DNA from: Eukaryota sp. GEM-RC1
Lineage: Eukaryota
DNA length: 64,000 nucleotides
Assembly: GCA_040285855.1 (NCBI GenBank)
Contig: JAUFOQ010000001.1
Location: 2,666,001 to 2,730,000 of the forward strand
Direction of reading: 5' to 3'
The notes under the pieces: model-generated
What the model saw: only the letters and a program-made list of their open reading frames with translations
Database searches by the model: none
Told to the model about the DNA's origin: nothing
In this document: positions 41,131 to 52,489 of the stretch, piece after piece
Position numbering within the stretch: the first letter of the stretch is position 1
Layout of the letters: every line of letters begins with the position of its first letter
Made by a program: the position numbers and the translations under genes

Positions 41131-43986
41131 CTACTTAAATGGTAATGATCGTCTTGATTTTCGAGGGAGAAGATGATCCAACTCAGTGATTAGATCACTT
41201 CTTGACACTGGTTTTGCCATCCATGAGTTCATTCCGCTTTCAATGGTATGATATCTGGATTCCACAGAAGCATCACCAGTTAAACATAGAATCTTTACCT
41301 CAGGAAGACTGTTAACACCTTCATATCTACGTATATCCTTTGCGGCTTGAGTTCCGGAGTACGGCATTCTGTAGTCTAAACAAACCAGATCAAAAGCACT
41401 TGGATTCTCCCGGTACTTCTCCACAGCTTTATCACCATTATCTACTAGAGTCACCACACATCCCAATGAACCTAACAACAGACTAATAACTTTACGATTG
41501 AGAGGATGATCATCTGCAACAAGAATAGAGAATTGTCCTAATGTTAGAGTGTAATCACAACAAACCTCCGTTTACAGGAGTTCTTAGAGTTTGAGTCTGA
41601 CGGTGATGAATGTACGCAGTAGACCGTTTTCGTCCACTTAAGAACTGCTTTACCATCTTATATGTAATTGGAGAATGAACAGTGAAGTACTCGTCATAGA
41701 ATCCTTTGGGATCAATTACCATTACTGGTGATCCTTCGAACCCTGCCTTAATTAAAGGAATGAACTCTGAAAAGACTTCGTGATCAACAAAGACGTATTG
41801 CTCAAAAGATGTATCTATTGCTGTTATTCTATTGAGAATTGTTTGTCTTGATGGCTCTTCAAATCCATGACACTTAGTTTTCATTAGTCTCAGTTGAGCC
41901 AGAAGAAAATGGGACAGTAACCGTCTTCTACAAAACACAAAGCATTGGTGATCTCGGAAGTAAGTGGGAGTTGCTGCTTCATGAGGATTTACCAGAGGAA
42001 GAGTCAGTTGCAGTTTGAACACCGATCCTTTGCCTTCCTTACTTCTAACGGTAATGTTAGAACCCATCATTCTAGCAAGAGAACCTGAGATAGCTAGTCC
42101 TAGGCCTGAGCCTCCGTATTTGGTAGTGATCTGGGCATTGGCTTGAGTGAAAACATTGAACAATTTGCCGAGGTCTTCAGGGGGAGATGCCGATACCAGT
42201 ATCATGACAAGACAGAGTAAATGAAAGGTTATCATCAGCAATTGACTGTTTTCGAAGTTGGATTCTGACATAGCCATTGTGAGTAAATTTTAGCGCATTT
42301 GAGACCAAGTTAATTAAAATTTGTTGTAGTCGATTACAATCACCGACTACCATCACATCACAGACAGGGTCTACAGTGCTCACTAGTTCAACTGAAATTT
42401 TTGATCTGGCAATGTCTGAGTGCATTTCGACCACATGATCAACAATTGACGGAAGATTAAACTCTGTTTGGTCAAGCTCAATTTTACCACTTTCGATTCT
42501 GGTAAAATCAAGAATGTTAGTGATAATAGAGAGCAACGATGACGAGGAATGATTCACAATCTGAAGTATTCTTTGACATTCATTACTCAAATCTGGACTT
42601 TGTTCCATAAGAGAAATCAATCCAATAATACTTAGATGAAAGAGAGAAAACAACATACGAATTTAGTGCTGCAATGAGGAAACCAGCGGAAACAAACGTG
42701 TTCTCTAAGGTGAAAAGTAGGTTGAAGTGAACATACAATTTCATGAGATATTGTTGCCAAGAACAATGATTTTGCTCTGTTTGCTTGATCAGCAGCTACT
42801 ATCGCATCCTTTAGTTCTGTTAGATCAATCATCACACCAGTTACCTCAAGTACTTTACCTTCTTCATCAAACATTGTCGGGCGACCGGACTTTCTTACCC
42901 AAATCAAGCGTGGAGGATCATGGAAAGTATACCGATGTTCATCAAAGGTTGGAAACTCTTTCCCTTCAAGCACATCGTGCCAGGACGAATCCCATCGGGC
43001 TAATTGCTCCGGTACTAACTTGTTCCTTAACTCATCATAAGAAACAGATGACGAATCAAGTCCGTGAATTTCTTGGGCTGTTGGGCTGGGGTTAATTGGA
43101 CATGATGTGGAACATACGTTAAGAAAAAAAGTCTCTCATTACAATAAAATCGCCAAAATCCCAATTTGGCAAGCCTCTGAGCTCCTTCTAGTTCTTCTGT
43201 TAACGACTGCAGTTGATTTTCCTTGTGGTCCAAAGTCTTCACCAACTTCTCCTTCTCCTCAAACTCCAATTCGTGTTGTTTGAAATCAGGGATATCCGTG
43301 GTTGGTTTGATAACACCAAAGACTCTAACAATTTGACCATTTAATTCAACTCCACAGGCTTGACAGCTGATTAGATCAGTATTGCCATTAATGAGGAACG
43401 GTGCAGTGAAGGTAGCATCAGAGCACACCCCATTGAGAACGTCATCAAACTGCTGTTGGATGTGAATTCTATGGATCGAATCAAAGTGGTTAATAAAGTC
43501 TTGTAAAATCTTTGGAATATCAGTAGGAGTGTTGAATATTTTCAAATATCTGTCATCAACATAGAAGGAGTCATGAGAAGGGTTATAAATGAATGTTGAA
43601 ACACCACACAGTGACAAGCATTTCTCCAGCAACCAAGATGAAGTGGTTTCTTTTGGTGGAGGTTTTACATCGTTAAATACAAAAAGAAACTCGAATGAGT
43701 TTAATGCGATAACATTGATGAGGAAGGATCGGGGTACTCCAGTTGGAGATTGAAGTGTGATGATCTGATCTTCCATAGGAACTGAATGAGAGAGACATTG
43801 TATCAATTCCTGAGAGAACAAAGAGGCTTCGTAGAAGTTCGGGAAGAGTGTTTGAATGTCTAATGATATCAGGGTTTCAACATCGGTTTCAAGATGAACA
43901 GCCAACTTACGAGAAACATCAACAATTAACCCATCCACGTTGACAAGAGCAATAGCTGAAGGAGATTCAAGGATTGTGTGTGTCAT
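41131..43986 (-). CDS. Hybrid histidine kinase copy 1: PAS-like domains, HisKA, HATPase, degenerate receiver, receiver; 5 introns
   Basis: H-box SHEIRTPLNSIIG after splicing; N box NLVSNALKFT; HDTGIGI; GGSGLGLAIS; receiver VADD..LDYRMP..AKP. Introns at 43086-43117, 42705-42736, 42669-42697, 42631-42658 and 41538-41565. One extra base in the run at 42180-42184. Start codon uncertain. Confidence 0.9.
41538..41565 (-). other. 28-nt spliceosomal intron
   Basis: GTTTGTTGTGATTACACTCTAACATTAG. Removal gives PVNG-GQFSILVADDHPLNRKV. Same intron at 44743-44770 and 62078-62105. Confidence 0.9.
42631..42736 (-). other. Three introns (32, 29, 28 nt) with 7-nt and 10-nt micro-exons
   Basis: ATT|GTATGT..TTAG|AGAACAC|GTTTGT..GCAG|CACTAAATTC|GTATGT..TAAG|TATT splices to I-R-T-P-L-N-S-I. 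Confidence 0.9.
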
Positions 43987-44329
43987 CAAATGTAGAGAAT
44001 CAAGACGAACGGAGATATCCTCATCAAAATGACTCTCATATGTATGAGTGGCTTCACCTCTGCTTGTTTACTGTAGTACTGTGTTAGTGATAAATCCAAT
44101 ATCTTTCGTCCATTGTGGATTCCCTTTTTAACAACGACCTATAATCGTATTACCAAGAAAAATCAACTCATACTGAGGGAGTGGATTGTATGTAGGTAGA
44201 TAAAGCATGATTATGCTGATTGAGTAAAACAATTCCGATTGGTCACTCAGGTTGTTGAATCAAAAAACTCTGATGTACACGATAATAAAAAACAGAAAGG
44301 GTTCTAGATTCTAGAAAAAAAATGCAAGC

Positions 44330-47169
44330 TTATCTACTAGTAGACCGTGGAGATTTTCTTGTTTTTCGAGGAAGAAGATGACCCAACTCTGTGATTAGAT
44401 CACTTCTTGACACTGGTTTTGTCATCCATGAGTTCATTCCGCTTTCAATGGTATGGTATCTGGATTCCACGGATGCATCACCAGTTAGACAGAGAATCTT
44501 TACCTCAGAAAGATTGTTAATGTCTTCATATCTACGTATATCCTTTGCAGCTTGAGTTCCGGAGTACGGCATTCTGTAGTCTAAACAAACGAGATCAAAA
44601 GCACTTGGATTCTCCCGGTATTTTTCTACAGCTTTATCACCATTTTCTACTAGAGTCACCACACATCCCAATGAACCTAACAACAGACTAATGACTTTAC
44701 GATTGAGAGGATGATCATCTGCAACAAGGATTGAGAATTGTCCTATTGTTAGAGTGTAATCACAACAAACCTCCGTTTACAGGAGTTCTTAGAGTTTGAG
44801 TCTGACGGTGATGAATGTACGGAGTAGACCGTTTTCGTCCGCTTAAGAACTGCTTTACCATCTTATATGTAATTGGAGAATGAACAGTGAAGTACTCGCC
44901 ATAGGATCCTTTGGGATCAATTACCATTACTGGTGATCCTTCGAACCCTGCCTTGATTAAAGGAATGAACTCTGAAAAGACTTCGTGATCAACAAAGACG
45001 AATTGCTGAAGAGCTGCATCTATTGCTGTTATTCTGTTCAGTATTGTTTGTCTTGATGGCTCTTCAAATCCATAACACTTCGTTTTCATTAACCTCAGTT
45101 GAGCCAGAAGAAAATTGGACAGTGGTCGTCTTCTACAAAACACAAAGCATTGGTGATCTCGGAAGTAGGTTGGACCTGCTGCTTCATGAGGATTTACCAG
45201 AGGAAGAGTCAGTTGCAATTTGAACACCGATCCTTTGCCTTCCCTACTTCTAACGTTAATGTTAGAACCCATCATTCTTGCAAGAGAACCTGAGATAGCG
45301 AGCCCTAACCCTGAACCTCCGTATTTGGTAGTGATTTGCACATTGACTTGAGTAAAAACATCGAACAATTTGCCATGGTCTTCAGTTGAGATACCGATAC
45401 CAGTATCGTGACAAGAAAGAATAAATGAAATTTTGCCATCAGCGATTGACTGTTTTCTGAGTTGAATTCTGACATAGCCATTGTGAGTAAACTTTAGTGC
45501 ATTAGATACCAGATTAATTAAAATTTGTTGTAGTCGATTACGATCACCGACTACCATCACATCACAGACAGGGTCTACAGTGCTCACTAGTTCAACTGAT
45601 ATTTTTGATCTGGCAATGTCTGAATGCATTTCGACCACATGATCAACAATTGACGGCAGATGAAACTCTGTCTGGTCAAGCTCAATCTTACCACTTTCGA
45701 TTCTGGTAAAATCAAGAATGTTAGTGATAATAGAGAGCAACGATGACGAGGAATGATTCACAATCTCCAGTATTCTTTGGGATTCATCACTAAGGACTGA
45801 ACTTTGCTCTAATAAAGACAACATTCCAATTATACTGGGATAAATGATAAGGAAAACATACGAATTGAGTGCTGAAATGAGGAAAAGTGGGGAAACAAAC
45901 GTGTTCGCTATGATTAGACTGTTGCAGTTGAACATACAATTTCATGAGATACTGTTGCAAAAAACATTGATTGTGCACTGTTTGCTTGATTTCCAGCTAC
46001 AATAGCATTTTTTAGCTCTGTTAGGTCAACCAGCACGCCTGATACTTCCAATACATTACCTTCTTCATCAAACTTTGTTGGACGACCAGACCTTCTTATC
46101 CAAATCAAGCGTGGAGGATCATGAAAGGTATAATGATGTTCATCAAAGGTTGGAAACTCTTTTCCTTCACACACATCATTCCATGACGAATCCCATAGCT
46201 CTAACTGCTCCGGTACTAACTTGCTCCTTAACTCATCATAAGAAACTATGGAAGAGTTTAGTCCTTGCATTTCTTGCGTGGTTTTGCTGGGATAAATTGG
46301 AAATGAACATAATATACGTTAGACAGAAGATACGATTTTCACAATCGAGGCGCCAAAATCCAAACTTTGCAAGATGTTGTGCTTCTGTTAAATCATTCTT
46401 TATCAATTGAACTTGTTTTTTCGTCTTATGCAGAGCTTTCACCAACTTCTCCTTCTCCTTGAACACCAATTCATGTTCTTTGATATCTGAGGTTGGTTTG
46501 ATAACACCAAAGACTCTAACAGTTTGACCATTTAACTCAGCTCCAAAAGCTTGGCAACTGATTAGATCAGTATTGCCATTAATGAGGAACGGTGCAGTGA
46601 AGGTAGCATCAGAGGTCACCCCATTGAGCATGTCATCAAACTGCTGTTGGATGTGAGTTCTATGCGAAAAGTCAAAGTGATGCATAAAGTCTTGTAAAAT
46701 CTTTGGAATATCAGTAGGAGTGTTGAAAATTTTCAAATATCTGTCATCAACATCAACGAGAAGGATTGTAAATGAATGTTGACACTCCACACAGTGACAA
46801 GCATTTCTCCACCAACCAAGATGACGTGGTTTCTTTTGGCAGATGTTTGACGTTTTCAAATGCAATTAGTGCCTCAAACGAGTTTAGTGCAATAACATTG
46901 ATGAGGAAAGTGCGGGGTACTCCAGGTGGGGATTGAAGAGTGATGATCTGAGCTTCCATTGGAACCGAGTGTGAGAGACATTGTATGAGTTTTTGGGTGA
47001 ACAGAGAGTCATCGTAGAAGTCTTAAAAGAGTGTCTGAGTGTCTAATGATATCAGGGATTCAACATCAGTATCAAGATGAAAAGCCAACTTACGAGAAAC
47101 ATCAACAATTATCCCATCGACGTTGACAAGAGCAATCGCTGAAGGGGATTCGAGTAGTGGTCGTGGCAT
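44330..47169 (-). pseudogene. Hybrid histidine kinase copy 2, 5' part damaged
   Basis: Same domains and introns (46287-46317, 45908-45937, 45872-45900, 45835-45861, 44743-44770). In-frame TAA at 47023-47025 and a net 8-nt deletion near 46755 relative to copy 1. Confidence 0.8.
45835..45937 (-). other. Three introns (30, 29, 27 nt) with 7-nt and 10-nt micro-exons
   Basis: Exons CGAACAC (45901-45907) and CACTCAATTC (45862-45871) give SHEIRTPLNSIIG. Confidence 0.9.
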
Positions 47170-47744
47170 CCTGGGTGGAGAAACAAGACTGACAGAGATA
47201 TCCTAGCACAAGCGTATATAAATGACTTATAGATCAGATCCAGTAACTTACTGTAAATAACTATGTTCGATTAACGCGTTGTTGAACTGTGACACTACTC
47301 CATAAGAAACACGCACTATATTGAAGATACAGCGGGTGACTTGCGATTTGTAGGTATAAACTAGGAGGTTCTATATAACACGAACAAGGATTTATCATTA
47401 ACAATAGTTACTCCCAATTGCTTGTGAGAAGTACAAGTGTATTAATTCTGAAGCAATGTCCTGTGATCAGATCAAACGACATAAGATGCACGTTTGAGCA
47501 CATACATACACAATAAAGTGTACTAGAATTTTTGGTCGAGTAGGCGACTAGTTTACTTGTAAAATTTATTGTTCGGTGTGAAGTGTAGTTGAAGCTCTAA
47601 TATTTCTACGAGTGGAGTTTCCCCCATCCCTAGACATCATGGTGTTGTTCTTTAGATCTCATACAATAATGTGACTAATAACGAAACTATTGTAAAAGAT
47701 TTACATAAACAATATACTTGGACACCTACTGAATGAAGAAAGTG

Positions 47745-48200
47745 AATTAAATGTGGCAAAAAACACACAACAAGAAAACAAACTATCAAACAAAGAGGAT
47801 TAAAATAAACTATCAAACGAACTACCTAATTGCCTCCAAACAATATAGACCAAAATCGAATCAACAAATCTATACATCGACTTCAAAATCAAAAAACTGA
47901 ATCATGAACACTACTTCTAAAAGAGGTAAAACGGTTACAATTCAATAACTTTATAGGTGTCATTGATCTGGCATTTAAAATTATGCGGAAGATTATCAGG
48001 CCAAACAAATCACCATAAACGCATATTGAACGACCAAGAATTATCATAACGAAGAAAAGATCGTATGCTTGAGGGATTTGAGTAATCAGACATGAAGCAG
48101 AACTGTGAGAAATATCCATCAGAAGTTCTGCAAAATCTGAATTTTTTCCGTAATTCAAGTAATCCTTTAATAGTACGAACGAGGTTACTTTTGCTCTTGA
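47745..48200 (-). mobile_element. Internally deleted 3' fragment of a CRE-like element
   Basis: DFAELLMDISHSSASCLITQIP..LLNC..SVHDSV, plus a 3' end matching 55890-56040. Confidence 0.65.
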
Positions 48201-50601
48201 TGTGCCCACCGTTTCACAGGGATTAGAAGTTGTAGCGATCTTGTCGGCGTTGCCAAATTGATACGATGAGTATGTTACTGTGGGGCTTAGATCTATTAAA
48301 ATCTTAGAAGTTATTTCCACATTACTACCAAAATTCGAAATATGAACTGAAACAAATACACTTTGATGATTGTACGTTGATTGAACTTAGTCATTGGAGT
48401 ACAACTCTGATATGTTTTTCAGATGCTTCTTAAGCAATAACATTTTGAAGTCATACTGATAACATAAGTGCGAGCACATAGATCTAATATTGTGTGATTA
48501 ATTAAATTTTGACTGTAACCAATAAAGAGACCTTGTGAGTTTTCACAACGAGAATTATTAATCAATCAAGACCGAACTTACTGAAAAGGAGTTTTGCTTT
48601 GATATGAAATCCATGGGATTCAAACCTTTCAAATGTAACATCTCTAACAGTATTATTATGAAGTAGGGCGCCCGTTTTACCTGACCCGATTTTTCCAAAT
48701 ATCACCCGTTCCACCCAGACTATTCCTCACCCGTTCCACCCAGTGTCACCTGGTACATTATAGTGTAATTGGGAGGCATTGAAAACGTTTGAAGCAGCAG
48801 AGATGGAAACTGTATTTATTTGCGGTTGATCAAGATGGCTGAATGTGCTTTCTGGCAAAGAAATGTCAGCTCAGAACAAGAATTTTACTTGATGAACGCC
48901 TTTTTAGCATGATGTGGACATTGGCTACAGATTTGTACATTTGCTGTGTGATTCAAATTTTGATTTCTTTGGCGATTGTTATAAATACCATATTTAGTTC
49001 TTGTCTGTGGGTAAAAGAGGATTTGAGGATTTGAACGAAAATGGGCGGGGTAGAATCATGGCAAATCTCGACGCTTGTCTCAATCTGGAAGTAGCTCAGG
49101 AAATATCCGTAGAACCAGTGCCCAATGAGATTGAAGTAGAAGAATCTGATGAAGACGAAGAAGAGGTTTATAGAATAGACTAAATTATGTTTGATATCCT
49201 TATAAACTTTGAGTCGATAATTGATTGTAATAATTAAATTACCAAAAATAATGTCAACTTTCTCCGAAGACAGATGATGGGAAATAATGGTAGTGCTTTG
49301 GCTGAGATTTGTGCCAAAAACCGATTTAATCGGTGCAACATTTTTCGGAATACGTTATTCGATTATTATAGTTGAGTTTATCTGCATTGGATGAGATTAC
49401 TGGTAACATTCGATTTTTTTTTCAAAAATTGAAACGATACACAAGATGTGTTTTTAGCTTATTCACTTTGTCCTCCGACAGAATTCAGTAGTGAAGGACG
49501 TGAATTTTGCAATACTATATTGAGAAGTAAGAGTTATTCTGGCTGACGTGATCAAGACCACGTGACATTGATCGAGAATCACACTGCACTGTCCTACTCA
49601 CACTCAATTTCCAGGATTGAGAGTGATCTTAGTGTGTCCGGCAAATGAAAGATCCATGAGAAACTTTCTTTAAAGCTACTAAACAGGTCTTTGAAATACA
49701 ATCAGAAACCTACTGGATTTTGTTATTAGAAATAGCCAAGTTTTCCACTCAGCCCACTTTAGAAAATGTAATAACTTGATTGAAATTAAATAATTTAATA
49801 TTATCCAATACTGTTAGATAACAATGCTTATATAGTAGTAAACGAACTTTCTTCACTCACTGAAAAACGACAGATTTAGTTTTTAAAACAGCGAAATCCA
49901 ACTTTAAATCTAGGATCAAAACCAAACTCACGATCAAACTCTGATTAAAATTTGATTGATAACTTGCAACTTCACTAATGGTGCGTTTAATCCTGTAATC
50001 AGAACACTTTCGAATTTAATATTAGATGATTATTACAATAAATTAACAGAATTTCCAAAAATTCTGATCTCTCTTTAGGGACACTTTTACAGTAGAACCG
50101 TGTAACTGATGACGTGACTCTTGAAGCAGACCATCATTGAGATAAGAAGTGATTCTGTAAGGAAAAGCAGGGTAGAAATGCCACATTGATTGAGTTCAGT
50201 GATGACGTGTCATTGAGTATTTACAGAGAGGTAGTAAAGACCTAAGAAGTGACAAGTAAGATGTTCTTTTAGGAGTGAAGTGTAAGAGTTGTTTCTTGAA
50301 AGAAGAACTGAGGTGATAAAGACCAGGCATCTTTGAGAGATCGTAATCTCAAATACAAGGAACAGAGACCAGAAGATGCTTTGAAGAGAGAAGGACTGAA
50401 GATTAGTAGGAAAGACTTTAAAGATTATGACAAGAGGAAATTAGAAAGAAACAGGTTCACCCACAAGCATTGTAAAAATGATAGAGAAAGAATGCGTAAT
50501 GTACACTACTCGTAGCTGGGATCGTGGTGGAAACTGACAAATGTAAGGATTCTCTTACCAGAAAAGAACCACTGTATTTCTCTCCTTTTGCATTACTTCT
50601 C

Positions 50602-52131
50602 ATGTCATTCTCCCTTCCCCCAGCAGAAACTCTATCTATTATCCTCGATGAACCTTCTCTCTGCAACCAAACCATTACATTTGGAGAAGAGTCTATTGAA
50701 GTACACAGAATCATCCTTGCTGCTCATTCTACATACTTTCGGTCTCTTTGGTTCTTGGAGTTTGGTGATAGAGACGAAAACCCAATCGACTTCTCCCATC
50801 TCCCTGTTGACTCTAACAACTTTCTTGCCTTCATCAAGTCCTTCTTCGGACGATCTTTCACTCTCAATGAAAACAATGCTTACGACTTCTACTACCTCGT
50901 CCACTACTTCCAAGTGGACAAACTGATCGTACAAGTTGAAAACCACCTCAACACTAATCTCATGACCTGGGCTTGGTTAAAACCATTCATTAAAGAAGCA
51001 GATGAAAGAAATGACTTGAGAGCTCTGGAATTCGTTGGTCCTTTCTTTTTTAAGATTGACGACCTTGTGATTGATGACGTGATGGCAATCACTACTGAAG
51101 GGTTAAAAACTCTTTGCAAATACTGTACTTCCACTCAATCTCAATCATGGTTCGTCAAATCAATGGTGGAATCAATTTTAAATCAAAGTTTTGATTTGAA
51201 TGAATTTTTAAATGTTTTAAATTCTTGTTCAATTGAAGCCTTTTCTTTTCAACAATGGGATGAGTTTCTGTTTGTTCCTTTAAAAAAAGTTGAAGAATTG
51301 GAAGCCGATTTGATGAAGTTTTTATTTACAAGAGTTAAGAATCTTTATTTTGACTCTTTGGTTAAGGAAAATTCGGGTTTGAAGGAAGAAAATTCTGATT
51401 TAACCACGGAAATTCATGATTTGAAGACACAAAATTCTGGATTATCTGAGGAAAATCATGATTTCAAAGTAGAAATTTCTCATTTGAAAACATTAGTTTC
51501 TGATTTAGAAACAAACAATGCTGATTTATCCACGAAAATGTCTAGTTTAACTACTACTAAGTCTAACGAAATAACTAAACTACAACAAGAAATAGAACAA
51601 CTAAAAAAGACAATTGTAGAAACTCAACTGGTGTCTCAATCAGTTCCTCAATCAAAAATGATTAGATTCTCCCCAACTAAGAAACATTCTCAGTTACAAG
51701 TTAGTGGGGATAGAAAGAATGTTGTTATTAGAAGTGGTGGTTTTGAGGCTAGATGTATTTTGGGAGAAGATCCACTTCTTCCAGGTAATGTTTATAGTTG
51801 GAAGTTGAGGTACCAGGGGACTACTGATGGTCTTTATGTTGGAGTCATTGACGAGTCAAAGTTTAGTGTTGATGGGTATTGTTATGGGAATGCTCACTGT
51901 TTCTACAATGGTAGTGGTGTTTATGGTTGTCTCTCAGGAAACAAGTTCAAGTGGAATCCTGGTGAATTACTCGAAATCTATGTAAATCTCATCAATCACA
52001 CCTTAACCATCAAATCCGTGAATAATTTTTCAATTAATCTTACTGGAACTCTTCCCAGATTAAGTAGTGGTAATTATTATCCATTTGCTAAGTTTTATCA
52101 TAGTGAACATGTTCTTGAACTCGTTGAATAA
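50602..52131 (+). CDS. BTB - coiled coil - SPRY-like protein, copy 5 (intact)
   Basis: Uninterrupted ORF from the conserved ATG (MSFSLPPAETL) to VLELVE*. Confidence 0.92.
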   Translation: MSFSLPPAETLSIILDEPSLCNQTITFGEESIEVHRIILAAHSTYFRSLWFLEFGDRDENPIDFSHLPVDSNNFLAFIKSFFGRSFTLNENNAYDFYYLVHYFQVDKLIVQVENHLNTNLMTWAWLKPFIKEADERNDLRALEFVGPFFFKIDDLVIDDVMAITTEGLKTLCKYCTSTQSQSWFVKSMVESILNQSFDLNEFLNVLNSCSIEAFSFQQWDEFLFVPLKKVEELEADLMKFLFTRVKNLYFDSLVKENSGLKEENSDLTTEIHDLKTQNSGLSEENHDFKVEISHLKTLVSDLETNNADLSTKMSSLTTTKSNEITKLQQEIEQLKKTIVETQLVSQSVPQSKMIRFSPTKKHSQLQVSGDRKNVVIRSGGFEARCILGEDPLLPGNVYSWKLRYQGTTDGLYVGVIDESKFSVDGYCYGNAHCFYNGSGVYGCLSGNKFKWNPGELLEIYVNLINHTLTIKSVNNFSINLTGTLPRLSSGNYYPFAKFYHSEHVLELVE

Positions 52132-52357
52132 AGTTGATGTTATTATTATTGTCGGTAAGTCTCCTCATTTAGAACAGTGATTCAAATTTATTTATCAATT
52201 CTGAAACTAATTCGAGTAGCATCAACAACTAAAAGTTGGCATTTATACAGTGTGATGAACATCTTGCTTTAAATAGGAGGTTTGGGTACAAATCTGCCCT
52301 TCTTTTCTACTCCCATTCGAACTTTATGTCTTTGACTTTTCGAAACACACTTTACAT

Positions 52358-52440
52358 CATAGTGCACAAAACAGGGTGTTGAGTGTGAACGTGTTCTGAA
52401 CGTGTTGTAACTGGAAGAACCCGTGTTTTAGTGCACTATG
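52358..52440. mobile_element. 83-bp miniature hAT-type element
   Basis: TIRs CATAGTGCAC.AAAC / GTTTTAGTGCACTATG; 8-bp flanks CTTTACAT / ATTTACAT. Confidence 0.65.
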
Positions 52441-52489
52441 ATTTACATCATAGATGGGAAATACAGAATACAGTCAAACCTCAATAATT

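Noticed and set aside
1073..42184. Many single-base frameshifts (RCC1, BTB copies 1-2, kinase, 30-32 kb gene, histidine kinase 1) as programmed frameshifting or RNA editing
   Set aside because: Nearly all lie in homopolymer runs, and intact paralogs carry the missing base. Long-read consensus error is the simpler explanation; short-read polishing would decide.
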